A DNA stretch of 64,000 bases from Candidatus Oxydemutatoraceae bacterium (GCA_965220085.1 CBDCOZ010000003.1:1920001-1984000), one strand, 5' to 3'; counted from the stretch's first letter, positions 30,451-42,416 are shown. Notes: generated by a model not told the origin, from the sequence alone. A program made the numbers and translations.

Positions 30451-30464
30451 CGCTCGCGCCATCC

Positions 30465-31080
30465 CGTCATTCTCCCCTCGCGGGGCACGCCGCCCGCAAC
30501 ACGAGCGCTCTCCCCTCGCGAGAGGCAAGCCATGCTTCGTCCAAGACCTCCAGCACGATGCCTACAATCATTCCCCTCGCGAGAGGCACACGCAACGAAT
30601 TCGTACGCACCGGATCGCACCTCGCGTCATTCTCCCCTCGCGGGAGATATTCCTGCGCGAGCACAAACCCGACCCTTGCGCACAGCGCAACACTCTCCCC
30701 TCGCGGGAGAGTAGGCAAGCCAAGAGCGAAGCTCGCAGGCGAGCCGTGAGGGGGCGATGCTAACAATGTGCTCAAAACTACTTGCCCCCTCTCCGCATCG
30801 CCCATCGCCTGCGGCTCGGACTCTGCGACTCTCCCGCAAGGGGAGAGTGTCAGATGCAAGCGCTTTCCCCTCTCCGCATCGCCCATCGCCTGCGGCTCGG
30901 ACTCTGCGACTCTCCCACAAGGGGAGAGTGTCAGATGCAAGCGCTTTCCCCTCTCCGCATCGCCCATCGCCTGCGGCTCGGACTCTGCGACTCTCCCACA
31001 AGGGGAGAGTGTCGGATGCAATCTGTTTGCCGGCGCCGGATGCGATGGCTCTGCGACTCTCCCGCAAGGGGAGAGTCGCA
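30465..31080. repeat. Cluster of REP-like palindromes, including an 81-bp unit x~3 (30787-31020)
   Basis: Hairpin ctctccc(g/a)caaggggagag repeated. Related copies near 21895-21945, 42230-42435 and 43300. Confidence 0.8.
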
Positions 31081-31142
31081 GGTAATGAGGGTATAATTCT
31101 CCGATGTGTCGGATAATGTGCGGACACTGACAAACCTTTGCC

Positions 31143-32501
31143 ATGTTTCAATCCATCAACGACCAAGTACAGCAACTCAATTCCGTCGTCTGGGGCCTGC
31201 CGATGATCATACTGGTGCTGGGCGTCGGCTTGGCGCTGAGTATCGCTCTGGCGGGTCTGCCCTTGCGCCGCATCGGCGCCGGTTTTAAGCTGCTGTGGCG
31301 CGGGCGCAAGGCGCGCGGGGAAGGAGACATCACCGGCTTCAGCGCGTTGATGACGTCGCTATCGGCGACCGTCGGCACCGGCAACATAGCCGGTGTCGCC
31401 ACGGCGATCGCGATCGGCGGGCCGGGGGCGCTGTTCTGGATGTGGATTACCGCGCTGGTCGGCATGGCGACCAAATACAGCGAAGCGGTTTGTGCGGTGC
31501 GCTATCGCGAGACCGATAAGGCCGGCAGATTCGTCGGCGGACCCATGTATTACATCAAAAACGGGCTCGGCGAGAACTGGCAGTGGCTTGGGTTTCTGTT
31601 CGCGCTCTTCGGCGCGGCGGCGGCATTGGGCATCGGCAACATGGTGCAATCAAACGCGATTGCCGACGCCCTCAACAACAAGTTTGCGCTGCCGCCGCTG
31701 GCCGTCGCCGGCGCGCTCATCGTGCTCATCGGCATCGTCGTAATCGGCGGCATCAAACGCATCGGCAGCTGGGCGAACAAATTGGTGCCATCCATGATCA
31801 TTGCGTACATCATCGCCGGACTGATCGTGCTGCTGATCCGCGCCGACGAAATACCGGCGGCTTTCAAACTCATCGTATCGAGCGCCTTCACCGACACCGC
31901 CGCAAGCGGCGGGTTTGTCGGGGCGTCGGTGTGGGCGGCGCTGCAGTTCGGAGTGGCGCGCGGCATCTTCTCTAACGAAGCGGGGCTCGGCAGCGCGCCG
32001 ATTGCGCACGCCGCGGCGCAGACCTATGACCCCGTGCGTCAGGGACATATCGCAATGATGGGAACCTTTATCGACACCCTCATCGTCTGCACCATCACCG
32101 GACTTGTGATCATCGCCGCCGGAGTCTGGGACAGCGGCATGACCAGCGTGCGCCTGACCTCAATGGCTTTTCAACAAGCCTTGCCCGGCGGCGATTACAT
32201 CGTCACGATTGCGCTGGTGGTATTCGGCTTCACGACCATCATCGGCTGGAGCTATTACGGGGAAAGGTGCTGGCAGCATATCTTCGGACTGCGAAGCATC
32301 ATGCTGTACCGAGCGATATGGTTGGCGGCGATATTTATCGGCCCCTGGGCGCTGACTTGGGAAGGCGGCATGCGCGACGGCATTGATTTTATATGGCTGT
32401 TGTCGGACACCTTAAACGCGATGATGGCGCTGCCGAACCTCATCGCCCTGGTCTTCCTGATGCCGGTCATCATCAAACTGACGCGCCGGGGCCTGCGGTG
32501 A
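31143..32501 (+). CDS. Sodium:alanine/glycine symporter (AGCS family)
   Basis: ATVGTGNIAGVA, GGPGALFWMW, GGPMYYI and RGIFSNEAGLGS. Confidence 0.93.
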   Translation: MFQSINDQVQQLNSVVWGLPMIILVLGVGLALSIALAGLPLRRIGAGFKLLWRGRKARGEGDITGFSALMTSLSATVGTGNIAGVATAIAIGGPGALFWMWITALVGMATKYSEAVCAVRYRETDKAGRFVGGPMYYIKNGLGENWQWLGFLFALFGAAAALGIGNMVQSNAIADALNNKFALPPLAVAGALIVLIGIVVIGGIKRIGSWANKLVPSMIIAYIIAGLIVLLIRADEIPAAFKLIVSSAFTDTAASGGFVGASVWAALQFGVARGIFSNEAGLGSAPIAHAAAQTYDPVRQGHIAMMGTFIDTLIVCTITGLVIIAAGVWDSGMTSVRLTSMAFQQALPGGDYIVTIALVVFGFTTIIGWSYYGERCWQHIFGLRSIMLYRAIWLAAIFIGPWALTWEGGMRDGIDFIWLLSDTLNAMMALPNLIALVFLMPVIIKLTRRGLR

Positions 32502-32975
32502 GCGACCGATCTATCGGTTGATGCGGGCGAGTTCGCAACCCATCTTGACCGCCTCGCCCGGATAATACAGCGGGTTCCATTGAAACTCGCTATTCGCCAG
32601 CAACAACACGACCGTTGAGCCGATGTTAAAACGCGCGCACTCATCGTCGCGCAATAACTTGACTGTTTCTTTGTCGCCGCCATAGTCAAAGCGGGTTGAT
32701 GATGGCGCTGCCGAACCTCATCGCCCTGACACTCCTGATGCCGGTCATCATCAAACTGACGCGCCGGGGCCTGCGGTGAGCGACCGATCTATCGGTTGAT
32801 GCGGGCGAGTTCGCAACCCATCTTGACCGCCTCGCCCGGATAATACAGCGGGTTCCATTGAAACTCGCTATTCGCCAGCAACAACACGACCGTTGAGCCG
32901 ATGTTAAAACGCGCGCACTCATCGCCGCGCAATAACTTGACTGTTTCTTTGTCGCCGCCATAGTCAAAGCGGGTT
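32420..32975. repeat. 278-bp tandem duplication of the convergent symporter/psd 3' ends
   Basis: gatgatggcgctgccgaacc at 32420 and 32698, with a few SNPs between copies. Confidence 0.9.
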
Positions 32976-33652
32976 ATCGCACAGCCGCGCGGCGTGACAA
33001 GCCCGGCCCACGCAGTCTCGATCGCCGCGACATTGACCGCGCCGACCATCACCAGCGCCATCTTGCCAAGCTCGGTATCAAACAGACACACGACACGCTC
33101 GTTCTTGGCGTACACCTTATCGATCGCGCGCGTTGCGTACGGCGCGACAGTGAACAGGCGTCCCGGCACATGCGCCATCGTCTCAAGCGCCCCGCTCAAA
33201 GGCATGTGGACGCGGTGATAGTCGCGCGGAGACAGATACAAAGCGCAGAATTTGCCCTTGTCAAAACAGCCGACATGGCGTATTCCGAGCAGGTCTCTGA
33301 TCGCGTACTCGCGACCTTTCGCTTGTATGACTTGTCCGTCATCGCAGTCGCCGACCTGCATCACCGTGCCGTCGCACGGCGAAGCGAGCGCCTGCGGGTC
33401 CAAACAGATTTCGCGCGCGCCCGGTTTCAAGGCGCGGGTAAAAAAGGCGTTGAAGCTGGGGTATGAGAAAGGCTCCTCGTATTCGGCCTCGCTCATATCG
33501 ACGTTAAAGCGGCGGATAAAGAAATTAATCGGGCGAACCGCGAGCGAACTGTTTATCCGACTCAGGAAAAACATCGCGCGCGACACCCAGTGGTGCGGGA
33601 AAAAATAAAAAAGGCGGCTCTTTATCTTCTGCCAACGGGTTATATCATCCAT
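32789..33652 (-). CDS. psd: Phosphatidylserine decarboxylase proenzyme
   Basis: FNAFFTR, SPCDG, YLSPRDYHRVH, NERV and the GST cleavage site. Confidence 0.94.
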   Translation of the reverse strand: MDDITRWQKIKSRLFYFFPHHWVSRAMFFLSRINSSLAVRPINFFIRRFNVDMSEAEYEEPFSYPSFNAFFTRALKPGAREICLDPQALASPCDGTVMQVGDCDDGQVIQAKGREYAIRDLLGIRHVGCFDKGKFCALYLSPRDYHRVHMPLSGALETMAHVPGRLFTVAPYATRAIDKVYAKNERVVCLFDTELGKMALVMVGAVNVAAIETAWAGLVTPRGCAITRFDYGGDKETVKLLRGDECARFNIGSTVVLLLANSEFQWNPLYYPGEAVKMGCELARINR

Positions 33653-33863
33653 TTTTTTCTCTGCGATTCATGGGCAATCGATTTCGCAAATTAATTTTGC
33701 AAATTAAATCTCGCAGATTATAAACCAAAAGGCTCCGCCATGCCCGCCGTCCGCCGCCGCCGCCGCAACATCCGCTATGCCGGCCTGTGCGGCGCAAACA
33801 GCGGCAAAACATAAGCGCTTCTGATGTTATGCGGGCGCGCATATCCCTGATACAATCATAGAC

Positions 33864-34934
33864 ATGTCCGGCAATACGATAGGAAAATCATTTTGCGTCA
33901 CCAGTTTCGGCGAAAGCCACGGCCCCGCGATCGGCTGTGTTGTCGACGGTTGCCCGCCCAATATCGCATTGGATGAGAAAGTCATCCAAACCGATTTGGA
34001 CCGGCGCCGTCCGGGCAGCAGCCGCTATACGACACAGCGCCGCGAACCCGACACAGTCAACATCCTCTCCGGTGTGTTTGAAGGACTGACTACGGGCGCG
34101 CCCATCGCATTGCTGATCCGCAACGAAGACCAGAAGACAAAAGATTACTCAAAGATAAAAGACAAATTCCGCCCGGGTCACGCCGACTACGCGTATCACA
34201 AGAAATACGGCATCCGCGACTACCGCGGCGGCGGACGCGCTTCGGCGCGCGAGACCGCCGCGCGGGTGGCGGCCGGAGCGATTGCCAAAGCCTGCCTTAG
34301 CCGGCAGTGCGGCGTCCGCATACGCGGCCACTTGGCGCAGATGGGAGAGATACGGTTGCGCCCGCTCGCGCCGGAGGCGGTCAACGACAACCCTTTCTTT
34401 TGCCCCGAACCCGAGCGCGTGCCCGAACTTGAGCAATGCATCAATCAATTGCGCAAGGACGGCGACTCTGTCGGGGCTTGCGTACACGCGACGGCAAGCG
34501 GCATGCCGACAGGGCTCGGCGAACCGGTATTTGACCGCCTCGATGCGGACATTGCCCATGCGATGATGAGCATCAACGCGGTCAAAGGCGTCGCTATCGG
34601 AGCGGGCTTTGATTGCGCGCGACAAAAGGGTTCGGAACACCGCGATGAGATGACCCGCGAGGGCTTCCTCAGCAACCACGCGGGAGGCATTCTGGGCGGT
34701 ATCTCAAGCGGGCAAGACGTGGAAGTAGACATCGCTTTCAAACCGACATCCAGCATCCTCATCCCCGGACAAACGCTCAACGAAGCAGGCGAGCCATGCG
34801 AAATAACGACTGCCGGCAGACACGACCCTTGTGTCGGCATCCGCGCCGTGCCGATTGTCGAAGCAATGCTTGCCATCGTTCTGACGGATCACTGGCTCAG
34901 ACACAAAGCGCAAAACCTGCCTGTTGCGGGGTAA
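33864..34934 (+). CDS. aroC: Chorismate synthase
   Basis: GESHG, RPGHAD, RASARET and GRHDPC. Confidence 0.97.
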   Translation: MSGNTIGKSFCVTSFGESHGPAIGCVVDGCPPNIALDEKVIQTDLDRRRPGSSRYTTQRREPDTVNILSGVFEGLTTGAPIALLIRNEDQKTKDYSKIKDKFRPGHADYAYHKKYGIRDYRGGGRASARETAARVAAGAIAKACLSRQCGVRIRGHLAQMGEIRLRPLAPEAVNDNPFFCPEPERVPELEQCINQLRKDGDSVGACVHATASGMPTGLGEPVFDRLDADIAHAMMSINAVKGVAIGAGFDCARQKGSEHRDEMTREGFLSNHAGGILGGISSGQDVEVDIAFKPTSSILIPGQTLNEAGEPCEITTAGRHDPCVGIRAVPIVEAMLAIVLTDHWLRHKAQNLPVAG

Positions 34935-34938
34935 GCTT

Positions 34939-36075
34939 ATGCGCCCTCGCTTTATCAAGCTGGCGGTCTTTTACTTTTTCTACTTCGGGTTTTTGGGGGC
35001 ATACATCCCTTACTGGCCGCTGTATCTGAAAGACCTGGGTTTTTCCATATCCGAAATCGGCGAGTTGATGGCGATTCTCTTTGCGACCAAGATTCTGGCG
35101 CCGTACTTGTGGGGTTGGATCGGCGATCGCTGGCAAGCGCGACTGGCGCTCGTGCGCTGGGGAGCGTTTCTGACCGCCGTCACATTTGTCCCGATATTCT
35201 TTGACAGCGGTTATATGTGGATCGCCGCGACGATCGCCTTGTTCAGCTTCTTCTGGAACGCATTGCTGCCGCAGTTCGAAGTGATCACGCTGGACAGCCT
35301 GCGCTATCAATCCCACTGCTACGGCCGCATCCGGCTTTGGGGCTCCATCGGCTTTGTCACGACCGCCGCGACCGGCTCGGTTCTGATCGCCGCCTTCGGC
35401 ACCGTCATCGTCCCCTGGGTCATCGCCATAATTTTTGCTCTGCTTTGGCTCGCCGGCATCAAACTGAGTCCGCCGCGCGCGACAAGCGACGCGCCGGTAC
35501 CCAGCCTGTATCGCGCAATGGATATGTCCGTCATGGCTTTGCTGGTCATCAGTTGCCTCGTCCAACTCTCGCACGGCGCTTACTATGCGTACTTCACATT
35601 ATTTCTGGAACAAAACGGTTACGGCAGAACACTGATAGGCCAACTGTGGAGCCTGTCGGTGGTGTTTGAGATCATCTTGCTGGCGATTGTCAGCCCGATG
35701 TTGCGGCGTTCCGGCCCGGTCGCCTTGCTCGGGTTGGCCATCGCCTGCGCCGTCTTGCGCTGGATGCTCGTCGCCTATCTGCCGCAACAACTCGGCGTGA
35801 TCATCTTTGCCCAGTTCCTGCACGCCATCACCTACGGCGTCTATCACGCAACGATGATGTATGCGCTGGCGGCGCGCCTGCCCGAAGGCCTGAAGGGGCG
35901 CGGACAAGCGCTGTACTCGCTGGTGAGTTTCGGAATCGGCGGCGGCATCGGCGCCTATGTCGCGAGCGCGCTGTGGCAACCGCTCGGCGGCGCGCTGGTG
36001 TTTGTGTTATCGGCCGCAGTCGGTGCGCTGGCGTTTTTCTTTTTGATACCCCTGCGCAAGGTGCGCTTCCGCTAA
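34939..36075 (+). CDS. MFS transporter (HcaT/MFS_1-like)
   Basis: About 12 hydrophobic segments and YGRIRLWGSIGF. Confidence 0.88.
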   Translation: MRPRFIKLAVFYFFYFGFLGAYIPYWPLYLKDLGFSISEIGELMAILFATKILAPYLWGWIGDRWQARLALVRWGAFLTAVTFVPIFFDSGYMWIAATIALFSFFWNALLPQFEVITLDSLRYQSHCYGRIRLWGSIGFVTTAATGSVLIAAFGTVIVPWVIAIIFALLWLAGIKLSPPRATSDAPVPSLYRAMDMSVMALLVISCLVQLSHGAYYAYFTLFLEQNGYGRTLIGQLWSLSVVFEIILLAIVSPMLRRSGPVALLGLAIACAVLRWMLVAYLPQQLGVIIFAQFLHAITYGVYHATMMYALAARLPEGLKGRGQALYSLVSFGIGGGIGAYVASALWQPLGGALVFVLSAAVGALAFFFLIPLRKVRFR

Positions 36076-36304
36076 GACGGCGACCGGCAAAGTATCGTAA
36101 GAGCGCGGGCTATGGGTATTTTTGACTCCGCCCGGCCAACAACGGCAACTGTTGTGAAATGGCGCTGTGTCATCGCTATTTTCACACATCGTAATGGCTG
36201 CGGGGGTCGCAAGGCCGCTGTGCTACCATACCCCCGATATAAGTACCCCGCGGCGGAGAAGGAGAGTGTTATAGGGCGCGAGGAATGGCAGGAAACAAAG
36301 GCGC

Positions 36305-36334
36305 TTGCAAATAGCCTGCGCTTTGTGGTATAGT
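36305..36334 (+). promoter_or_regulatory. Putative sigma70 promoter, repeated at 37435-37464
   Basis: TTGCAA-N18-TATAGT, conserved upstream of two paralogs. Confidence 0.5.
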
Positions 36335-36471
36335 GCGATACTTAACCAAATAACCACATTTACTAAGATGCAGGAGACAAAGGCATTTGCAAATAATTCG
36401 CACTTTGTGGCAGAGTAGCCGGCAGTCATCGTACAACTATGTTCGCGAAACAATTTGATAGGAGTAAAACC

Positions 36472-37380
36472 ATGAACAGAGGCAAAACCATGAATCGACA
36501 ATTTTTAATACTGCCCCCCCCCCCCCCCCCCCCCCTCTGTCCGCGAAATCGTTGGATAATCAGTAGCATCCTCTGCCTGCTCGCGGTTTGCATCGCATCC
36601 GCCCAAGCGCAGGCACAGAACAATCCGGCCACCGGGCAACCCGCCGTCACCTATGTCGGCAACATAAACGCCCCCACTGAGGACTCCGCCATCACCGCAA
36701 CCGAAGGCGCCATTGCTGACCAGGACAATACGCCACCTGCCTCCATCAAGCGCATAACCTGGATCTGGAGCCAGGCCGACACCCATGGCAGCACCTATAG
36801 CGTCGTTCACCTCGCACGCACTTTTACCCCGTTGCAGGTCCATGTCGGCAAGTTCCTGCAGGTCTGCGCAGCGTTTGCAGATGATGCCAACAATGCTGAG
36901 CAGCGATGCCTGCGGATAGCCACCGCCGTGGCCCCTGCCGCCGACCGCCCGGTTGCGCTGAACCACACCATTCGCATACCGGCGGGCACCACCAGATACC
37001 GTTTCAAGGCGGCCGACTTCCCGTTCATCGATGAGGATGACGACGCCTTTGCCGACAGCATTTATATAGAGTCCCTGCCTGCCAACGGCACACTTGAATA
37101 TAGCGCTACCGTGCTGGATGATACATTGCTTACATTGGCAAGACACTCCAACAATGGCTTAGGGGTTCATGTGGACACCGACTCTTTTCCCTCATTCGTA
37201 TACAACCTGCCCGACACTGCCGCGCCCAACCCCAACTATGCCAGTTTCAGATACCGGGTTATCACCGGACCTCTTGCCCACTCGCAGTACAGCGCCAACA
37301 TCGCCACCATCACCTTTGCCATAGCGCCTCCTGCTATGCGCTTGCGGCTGCGCCTCTTTCTGGAAGGCCCGTTGCGGTAG
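36472..37380 (+). CDS. Secreted beta-rich FLEGPLR protein, paralog 1 (C22 tract in frame)
   Basis: Leader with poly-Pro, AQAQA|QNNPATG and tail [13 protein letters not shown]. Confidence 0.8.
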   Translation: MNRGKTMNRQFLILPPPPPPPLCPRNRWIISSILCLLAVCIASAQAQAQNNPATGQPAVTYVGNINAPTEDSAITATEGAIADQDNTPPASIKRITWIWSQADTHGSTYSVVHLARTFTPLQVHVGKFLQVCAAFADDANNAEQRCLRIATAVAPAADRPVALNHTIRIPAGTTRYRFKAADFPFIDEDDDAFADSIYIESLPANGTLEYSATVLDDTLLTLARHSNNGLGVHVDTDSFPSFVYNLPDTAAPNPNYASFRYRVITGPLAHSQYSANIATITFAIAPPAMRLRLRLFLEGPLR

Positions 37381-37600
37381 CGCAAGTGCTTGCGGCGGAG
37401 GAGGGGAGTCTTATGCAAGGCGTGAGACAGGCGCTTGCAAATAGCCTTCGCTTTGTGATATAGTGCGATACTTAACCAAATAACTATATTTACTAAGATG
37501 CAGGAGACAAAGGCATTTGCAAATAACCCGCACTTGTGGCAGAGTAGCCAGCAGTCATCGTGCAACTATATTCACGAGACAATTTGATAGGAGTAAAACC

Positions 37601-38514
37601 ATGAACAGAGGTAAAATCATGAATCGACCACTTTTAATACTGCCCCCCCCCCCCCCCCCCCCTGTCCGAGAAATCGTTGGATAATCAATAATATCCTCTG
37701 CTTGCTCGCGGTTTGCATCGCATCCGCCCAAGCACAGGCACAGAACAATCCGGCCACCGGACAACCCGCCGTCACCTATGCCGGCAACATAAGCGCTCCC
37801 ACCGAAGACTTCGCCATCACCGCAAACAAGGGCAACATAGAAGACCCGGACAATACGCCAACCACCGACCTCGGCTCCATAACCTGGATATGGAGCCAAG
37901 CCGACACACATGGCGGCGCCTACACCGCCGTCACCGGCGCCAGCACGGGGCCTGTCGCCATATTCACGCCCCGGCAAGCCCATGCGGGCAAGTTTCTGCA
38001 AGTCTGCGCATCCTTTGATGACGATGACGGCAATGCCGAGCAGCGATGCCTGCAGATAGCCGCCGCTGTGGTCGATGTGGACGGCCGCCCGGTTGCGCTG
38101 AACCACACCATTCACATACCGGCAGGCACCGCCAGATATCGTTTCAAGGCGGCCGACTTTCCGTTCGAAGATGAGGATGGCGACAGCTTTCTCAACTCCA
38201 TTTATATAGAGTCCCTGCCTGCCAACGGCACACTTGAATACAGCGCTACCGTGCTTGATGATGTAATACTTTCATTGGCAAGAAACTCCAACAATGGCTT
38301 AGGGGCTCATGTGGACACCGACTCTTTTCCCTCATTCGTATACAACCTGCCCGACACTGCCACGCCCAACCCCAACTATGCCAGTTTCAGATACCGGGTT
38401 ATCACCGGAACTCTTAGCCGCCCGCAGTACAGTAACAACATCGCCACCATCACTTTGGCGCCTCCTGCCGTGCGCTTGCGGCTGCGCCTCTTCCTGGAAG
38501 GCCCGTTGCGGTAG
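37601..38514 (+). CDS. Secreted FLEGPLR protein, paralog 2; leader out of frame at the C20 tract (37643-37662)
   Basis: Same leader as paralog 1, but 20 rather than 24 nt between the CTG and TGT codons. Body is intact. Confidence 0.72.
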
Positions 38515-38662
38515 CGCAAATGCTCGCGGCGGAGAAGGAGAGTGTTATGCAAGGGGTGAGACAGGATACCGGGTATGCGCACAAACACTGTTTGCGGATT
38601 GTTTATGGCGCAACGCATTGCACAGCCGCATTCACGAAACACAAACCAACAGGAGAAATACT

Positions 38663-39550
38663 ATGAAGCGACAAATTTTTAATATTGCCCCCTGCCGGCG
38701 GGCAACACTCACCCGGCTTAGCCTCTGGTCGCTGGTTCTGCCGGCCCTGTTTGCCGTCTGCGCTCAGGCGCAGGCACAGAACAATCCGGCTACCGGCGTA
38801 CCCGCCGTCACCTATGCCGGCAGCATAACCGCTCCTACCGAAGACTCCCCCATCACCGCAGCCCAAGGCACCATAGAAGACCCGGACAATATGCCAACCA
38901 CCGACCTCGGCTCCACAACCTGGATCTGGAGCCAGGCCGACACCCATGGCGGCGCCTACACTCTCGTTCACCCTCTCGCACCCACTTTCACCCCCTTGCA
39001 GGCCCATGTCGGCAAGTTTCTGCAGGTTTGCGTGCGCTTTCGAGACAGCGCCAACAATGACGAAGAGCGATGCCTGCAGATAGCCGCCGCCGTGGCCAAT
39101 GTCGACGACCGCCCGGTTTCACTGAACCACACCATTCGCATAGCAGCGGGCACCACCAGATACCGTTTCAAGGCGGCCGACTTTCCGTTCACCGATGAGG
39201 ATGATGGCGATGCCTTTGCCGAGGCCATTCATATAGAGTCCCTGCCTGCCAACGGCACACTTGAGTACAGCGCTGTCACGCTGGATGATTCGTTGCTTTC
39301 ACTGTCATTGGGAAGAAACGGCTTAGGGCCTTATGTGGCCCATGCCTCTTTCCCCTCATTCGTATACAACCTGCCCGGCACCGCCATGCCCAACCCCAAC
39401 TATGCCAGTTTCAGATACCGGGTTTCCACTGGAGAATCTCCTACTCGCCTCACACAACATAGTTCCAACATCGCCACCATCACCTTCGCCATAGTGCCTC
39501 CTGCCGTGCGCTTGCGGTTGCGCCTCTTCCTGGAAGGCCCGTTGCGGTAA
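38663..39550 (+). CDS. Secreted FLEGPLR protein, paralog 3 (no long tract)
   Basis: AGGAG SD, MKRQIFN...LWSLVLPALFAVCAQAQA|Q and the same tail. Confidence 0.82.
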   Translation: MKRQIFNIAPCRRATLTRLSLWSLVLPALFAVCAQAQAQNNPATGVPAVTYAGSITAPTEDSPITAAQGTIEDPDNMPTTDLGSTTWIWSQADTHGGAYTLVHPLAPTFTPLQAHVGKFLQVCVRFRDSANNDEERCLQIAAAVANVDDRPVSLNHTIRIAAGTTRYRFKAADFPFTDEDDGDAFAEAIHIESLPANGTLEYSAVTLDDSLLSLSLGRNGLGPYVAHASFPSFVYNLPGTAMPNPNYASFRYRVSTGESPTRLTQHSSNIATITFAIVPPAVRLRLRLFLEGPLR

Positions 39551-40001
39551 CCCGCAGTGCTCCGCCCAAGCCCACTGTGATGATGCCTTTGCGGGGGTTT
39601 TGCGCATTGCCCACCGGAAGCGCTCGCACCCCGCAGGCGCAGGTGTGCGTGTTGCTCGGATGCCCTTGCGGGGGCTTGTTGCATGCCATATTCCGATGTG
39701 TGGTATACTCGTGTCCTCGGGGCGAGCAAACATTCCTCAGGCTTGCCCCGTCCGCCGCCATTGCGGTGTCCGGCACACTGGTGTCCTTGGGGTGGGCAAA
39801 CTTGCTTTTTGGTTGGTTCGCCTCGTCTGCCACTGTTGTGGTGTTTGATATATTGGTGTCATTATGATTGAAGTTTTATGCGAAGCCTGATTAAAAAGCT
39901 GATTAAAAAGTTGCCTGCGAGTCGTCTGCAAGCAGAACCGATGCGCATGAAGTCTCTGCCTGCAAAACAAGGGCTTCCATCGGCACAGCAGGCGCTTCCA
40001 T

Positions 40002-42194
40002 ATGCCCCCCCCCCCCCCCCCCCCCCTGATTTTTGCTAGGGTTTGCGCGGTGATGCTCGCTTGCGCTTGCATCTTCGCCACGAACACCGCACACGCACAA
40101 ACCAACAGCTGTGCGACCGTCATCCACGGCACCGAATGCATGGACGCATGCCCCGCCGGATTTACTGCCACAACCCAAGACCGCGTGTGCATTGAGGCCG
40201 CGCGCATCGACGGCGCGAACAAATGCGAAGCGTACGGATGGACGACGCGGCTGGTGTTGACCGGCAGCTTCACCTTTAACATTTGCAACATAAAAACCGA
40301 AGACAAAGGGGTGCGAAGCGGCTCCACGGAATTTTGCATTCTCAACATCGGTTGCCCGAGCATTTTCGGTCCGAACCTTGACTTTCCGCAACGTCCGGCG
40401 GACGACCCGGCAACAGCGGAGGACGAAAGCGACCCGCGCTATGTTTTCAACTGCGACCCGGACGGAACCACCGGCCACCTTCCGGCGACTTTCGTTGATG
40501 GACGCACGATGTGCGAATGTCCCGCCGGCAAGACGGAAAACGCGGACGGCGTTTGCGCCGCTTGTCCGGCGCAAACCGTCCTGCTGGGCGAGGCTTGCGT
40601 TGCCGATACGCCGGAAAACCGATGCAAGGCGGCGGGATGGACGGTCTCGGCCGACAACCAATGCGTCGTCCCCCTGCTTTCCCCGGACGGCGAGGAGAAC
40701 GGATGCTTTTTGACCGGCAACGGCAGTCCGCAATGCGCCGATGTGTTCGGAGCGGAGCTGTCGTTTCCAAACCCTTCGACCGACACCGCCGCGCGGTTTG
40801 TCTACGACTGCGGTCTGGACATGATCCCGCCGCGGGAAAATACCGACGGCGCGACCGAATGCGCTCCCGACCCGCAAGCGTGCGCATTCGGCGATTTGGA
40901 ATTTGCCGCACATACCAGCACGCAGAGCAGGGCGCAAATTGAGCGGCAATTTGATGTGTGCATGGAGAAAGGATGGGCGGCGAGAAAACACCCCTCCTTT
41001 GACTCCGGATTTGAGGTATGCCACTGCGACATCAATGTGCGGGATGTGGAAAACCATCATGCTTGCGGCGAACCCTTTGATTCCTCCCGCTTCAGCCTTG
41101 TGGGCAATCAAGCCCTTCGCTATTACTTCGGTCCCGCCCTGCAACATCTTCCGCAATGGACGGCGGAAAACGCCGACGATTGTTTTGTGGCGCATTGTCA
41201 GAACGGCATGGAGCCGTCCGGATTCAACACCAACGGCGCGACCGAATGCCAAGCGCCCAGCGGGGCAGTTTGCGGCAGTTTGGATCCGCCGCAGGTTTAC
41301 AACGGGTTTGTTTGCGTTGCGACGTGCTCAACGGAAGCGACATTGGACGAGGCGACGAATGTTTGCGAATGCAACACGGGCAATGCGGCGGACTGCCGAG
41401 TGCCGAGCACGGAGGTGTGCGCGGATTTTACGCCGCCGCGGTTTTTCAACGCGGCGGCTGCGCGGTGCGATCCGTTTTTGACCTGCGAACATCCGACGGA
41501 ATTGCGCGAGACAAGCAACACCTGCGAGTGCGTTTCTTCGTATGTCAAAACATCCTCGGGTTGCCAGATGCCGTCGCCGGCGGTTTGCAGGGAACTGAGC
41601 GGGGCGCTGAGCATGCGGTTTTTTGACGGGACGACCTGCGTCTCCGCTAACAGATGTCCGGCGACAACGCATGCCAGCGCGGAGTCGCACCGCTGCGAAT
41701 GCGACGCGCAGGGCAAGGTTTACGACGCCGCGGCACAGGCTTGCGTCGATGCTATTTCGTGCGATGCGCCGGCGACATTGAACGCGGAGACGGGCCAGTG
41801 CGCATGCGCTTCGCCCAACGAAGGGACGGCTTCGGATTGCAATGCGCCGAGCCTGGAAGTGTGCGAGGGTTTGATGCCGGCAAAGTTCTTTGACCAGACG
41901 GAGATGGCATGCGTTGATATTCCGGTTTGCGCCGGGGCGGCGACATTGAACACGGACGCGAACCGGTGCGAATGTAATGCGCCCAACATAGGGACGGCTT
42001 CGGATTGCAGGGCGCCGAGCGCGCAAGTGTGCGCGGCGCAGACACCGGCAAAGTTTTTTGACGTTGGCACGACGGATTGCGTTGATGTTGCGGAATGCGC
42101 CGCGCCGATGGCATTGGACGAGGCGACGAATACCTGCGTGTCCGGCGATATCAACCTGCGTCTGCGCATCTTCCTGGAAGGCCCGCTACGATAG
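40002..42194 (+). CDS. Secreted Cys-rich (EGF-like repeat) protein with C22 leader tract and RLRIFLEGPLR tail
   Basis: Signal ending AHA|Q and repeated CECxxx..C..PS..VC...P..FF motifs. True start may be 39878, which would be out of frame. Confidence 0.78.
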   Translation: MPPPPPPPLIFARVCAVMLACACIFATNTAHAQTNSCATVIHGTECMDACPAGFTATTQDRVCIEAARIDGANKCEAYGWTTRLVLTGSFTFNICNIKTEDKGVRSGSTEFCILNIGCPSIFGPNLDFPQRPADDPATAEDESDPRYVFNCDPDGTTGHLPATFVDGRTMCECPAGKTENADGVCAACPAQTVLLGEACVADTPENRCKAAGWTVSADNQCVVPLLSPDGEENGCFLTGNGSPQCADVFGAELSFPNPSTDTAARFVYDCGLDMIPPRENTDGATECAPDPQACAFGDLEFAAHTSTQSRAQIERQFDVCMEKGWAARKHPSFDSGFEVCHCDINVRDVENHHACGEPFDSSRFSLVGNQALRYYFGPALQHLPQWTAENADDCFVAHCQNGMEPSGFNTNGATECQAPSGAVCGSLDPPQVYNGFVCVATCSTEATLDEATNVCECNTGNAADCRVPSTEVCADFTPPRFFNAAAARCDPFLTCEHPTELRETSNTCECVSSYVKTSSGCQMPSPAVCRELSGALSMRFFDGTTCVSANRCPATTHASAESHRCECDAQGKVYDAAAQACVDAISCDAPATLNAETGQCACASPNEGTASDCNAPSLEVCEGLMPAKFFDQTEMACVDIPVCAGAATLNTDANRCECNAPNIGTASDCRAPSAQVCAAQTPAKFFDVGTTDCVDVAECAAPMALDEATNTCVSGDINLRLRIFLEGPLR

Positions 42195-42416
42195 CGCGAG
42201 CAGTCCCATCGCAAGACTTGCGCTAACACGCTCCCTTGTGGCAAGCAATACTCTCCCCTTGTGGGAGAGTCAGCGAGCTTCGCTCGCTGGAGAGGGGATA
42301 AACCACACTCATCTCGCGCACCATCCCCGAAGGCGAGACGGCAGGGAAACGGCGATAGCAAGGCCCGAACCTTTCCCCCTCACCGCATCGTCCTTCGCCT
42401 GCGGCTCGTCCTCTGC

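Noticed and set aside
30407-31175. Protein-coding ORFs between nth and the symporter
   Set aside because: They are translations of REP-like 81-bp repeats on both strands.
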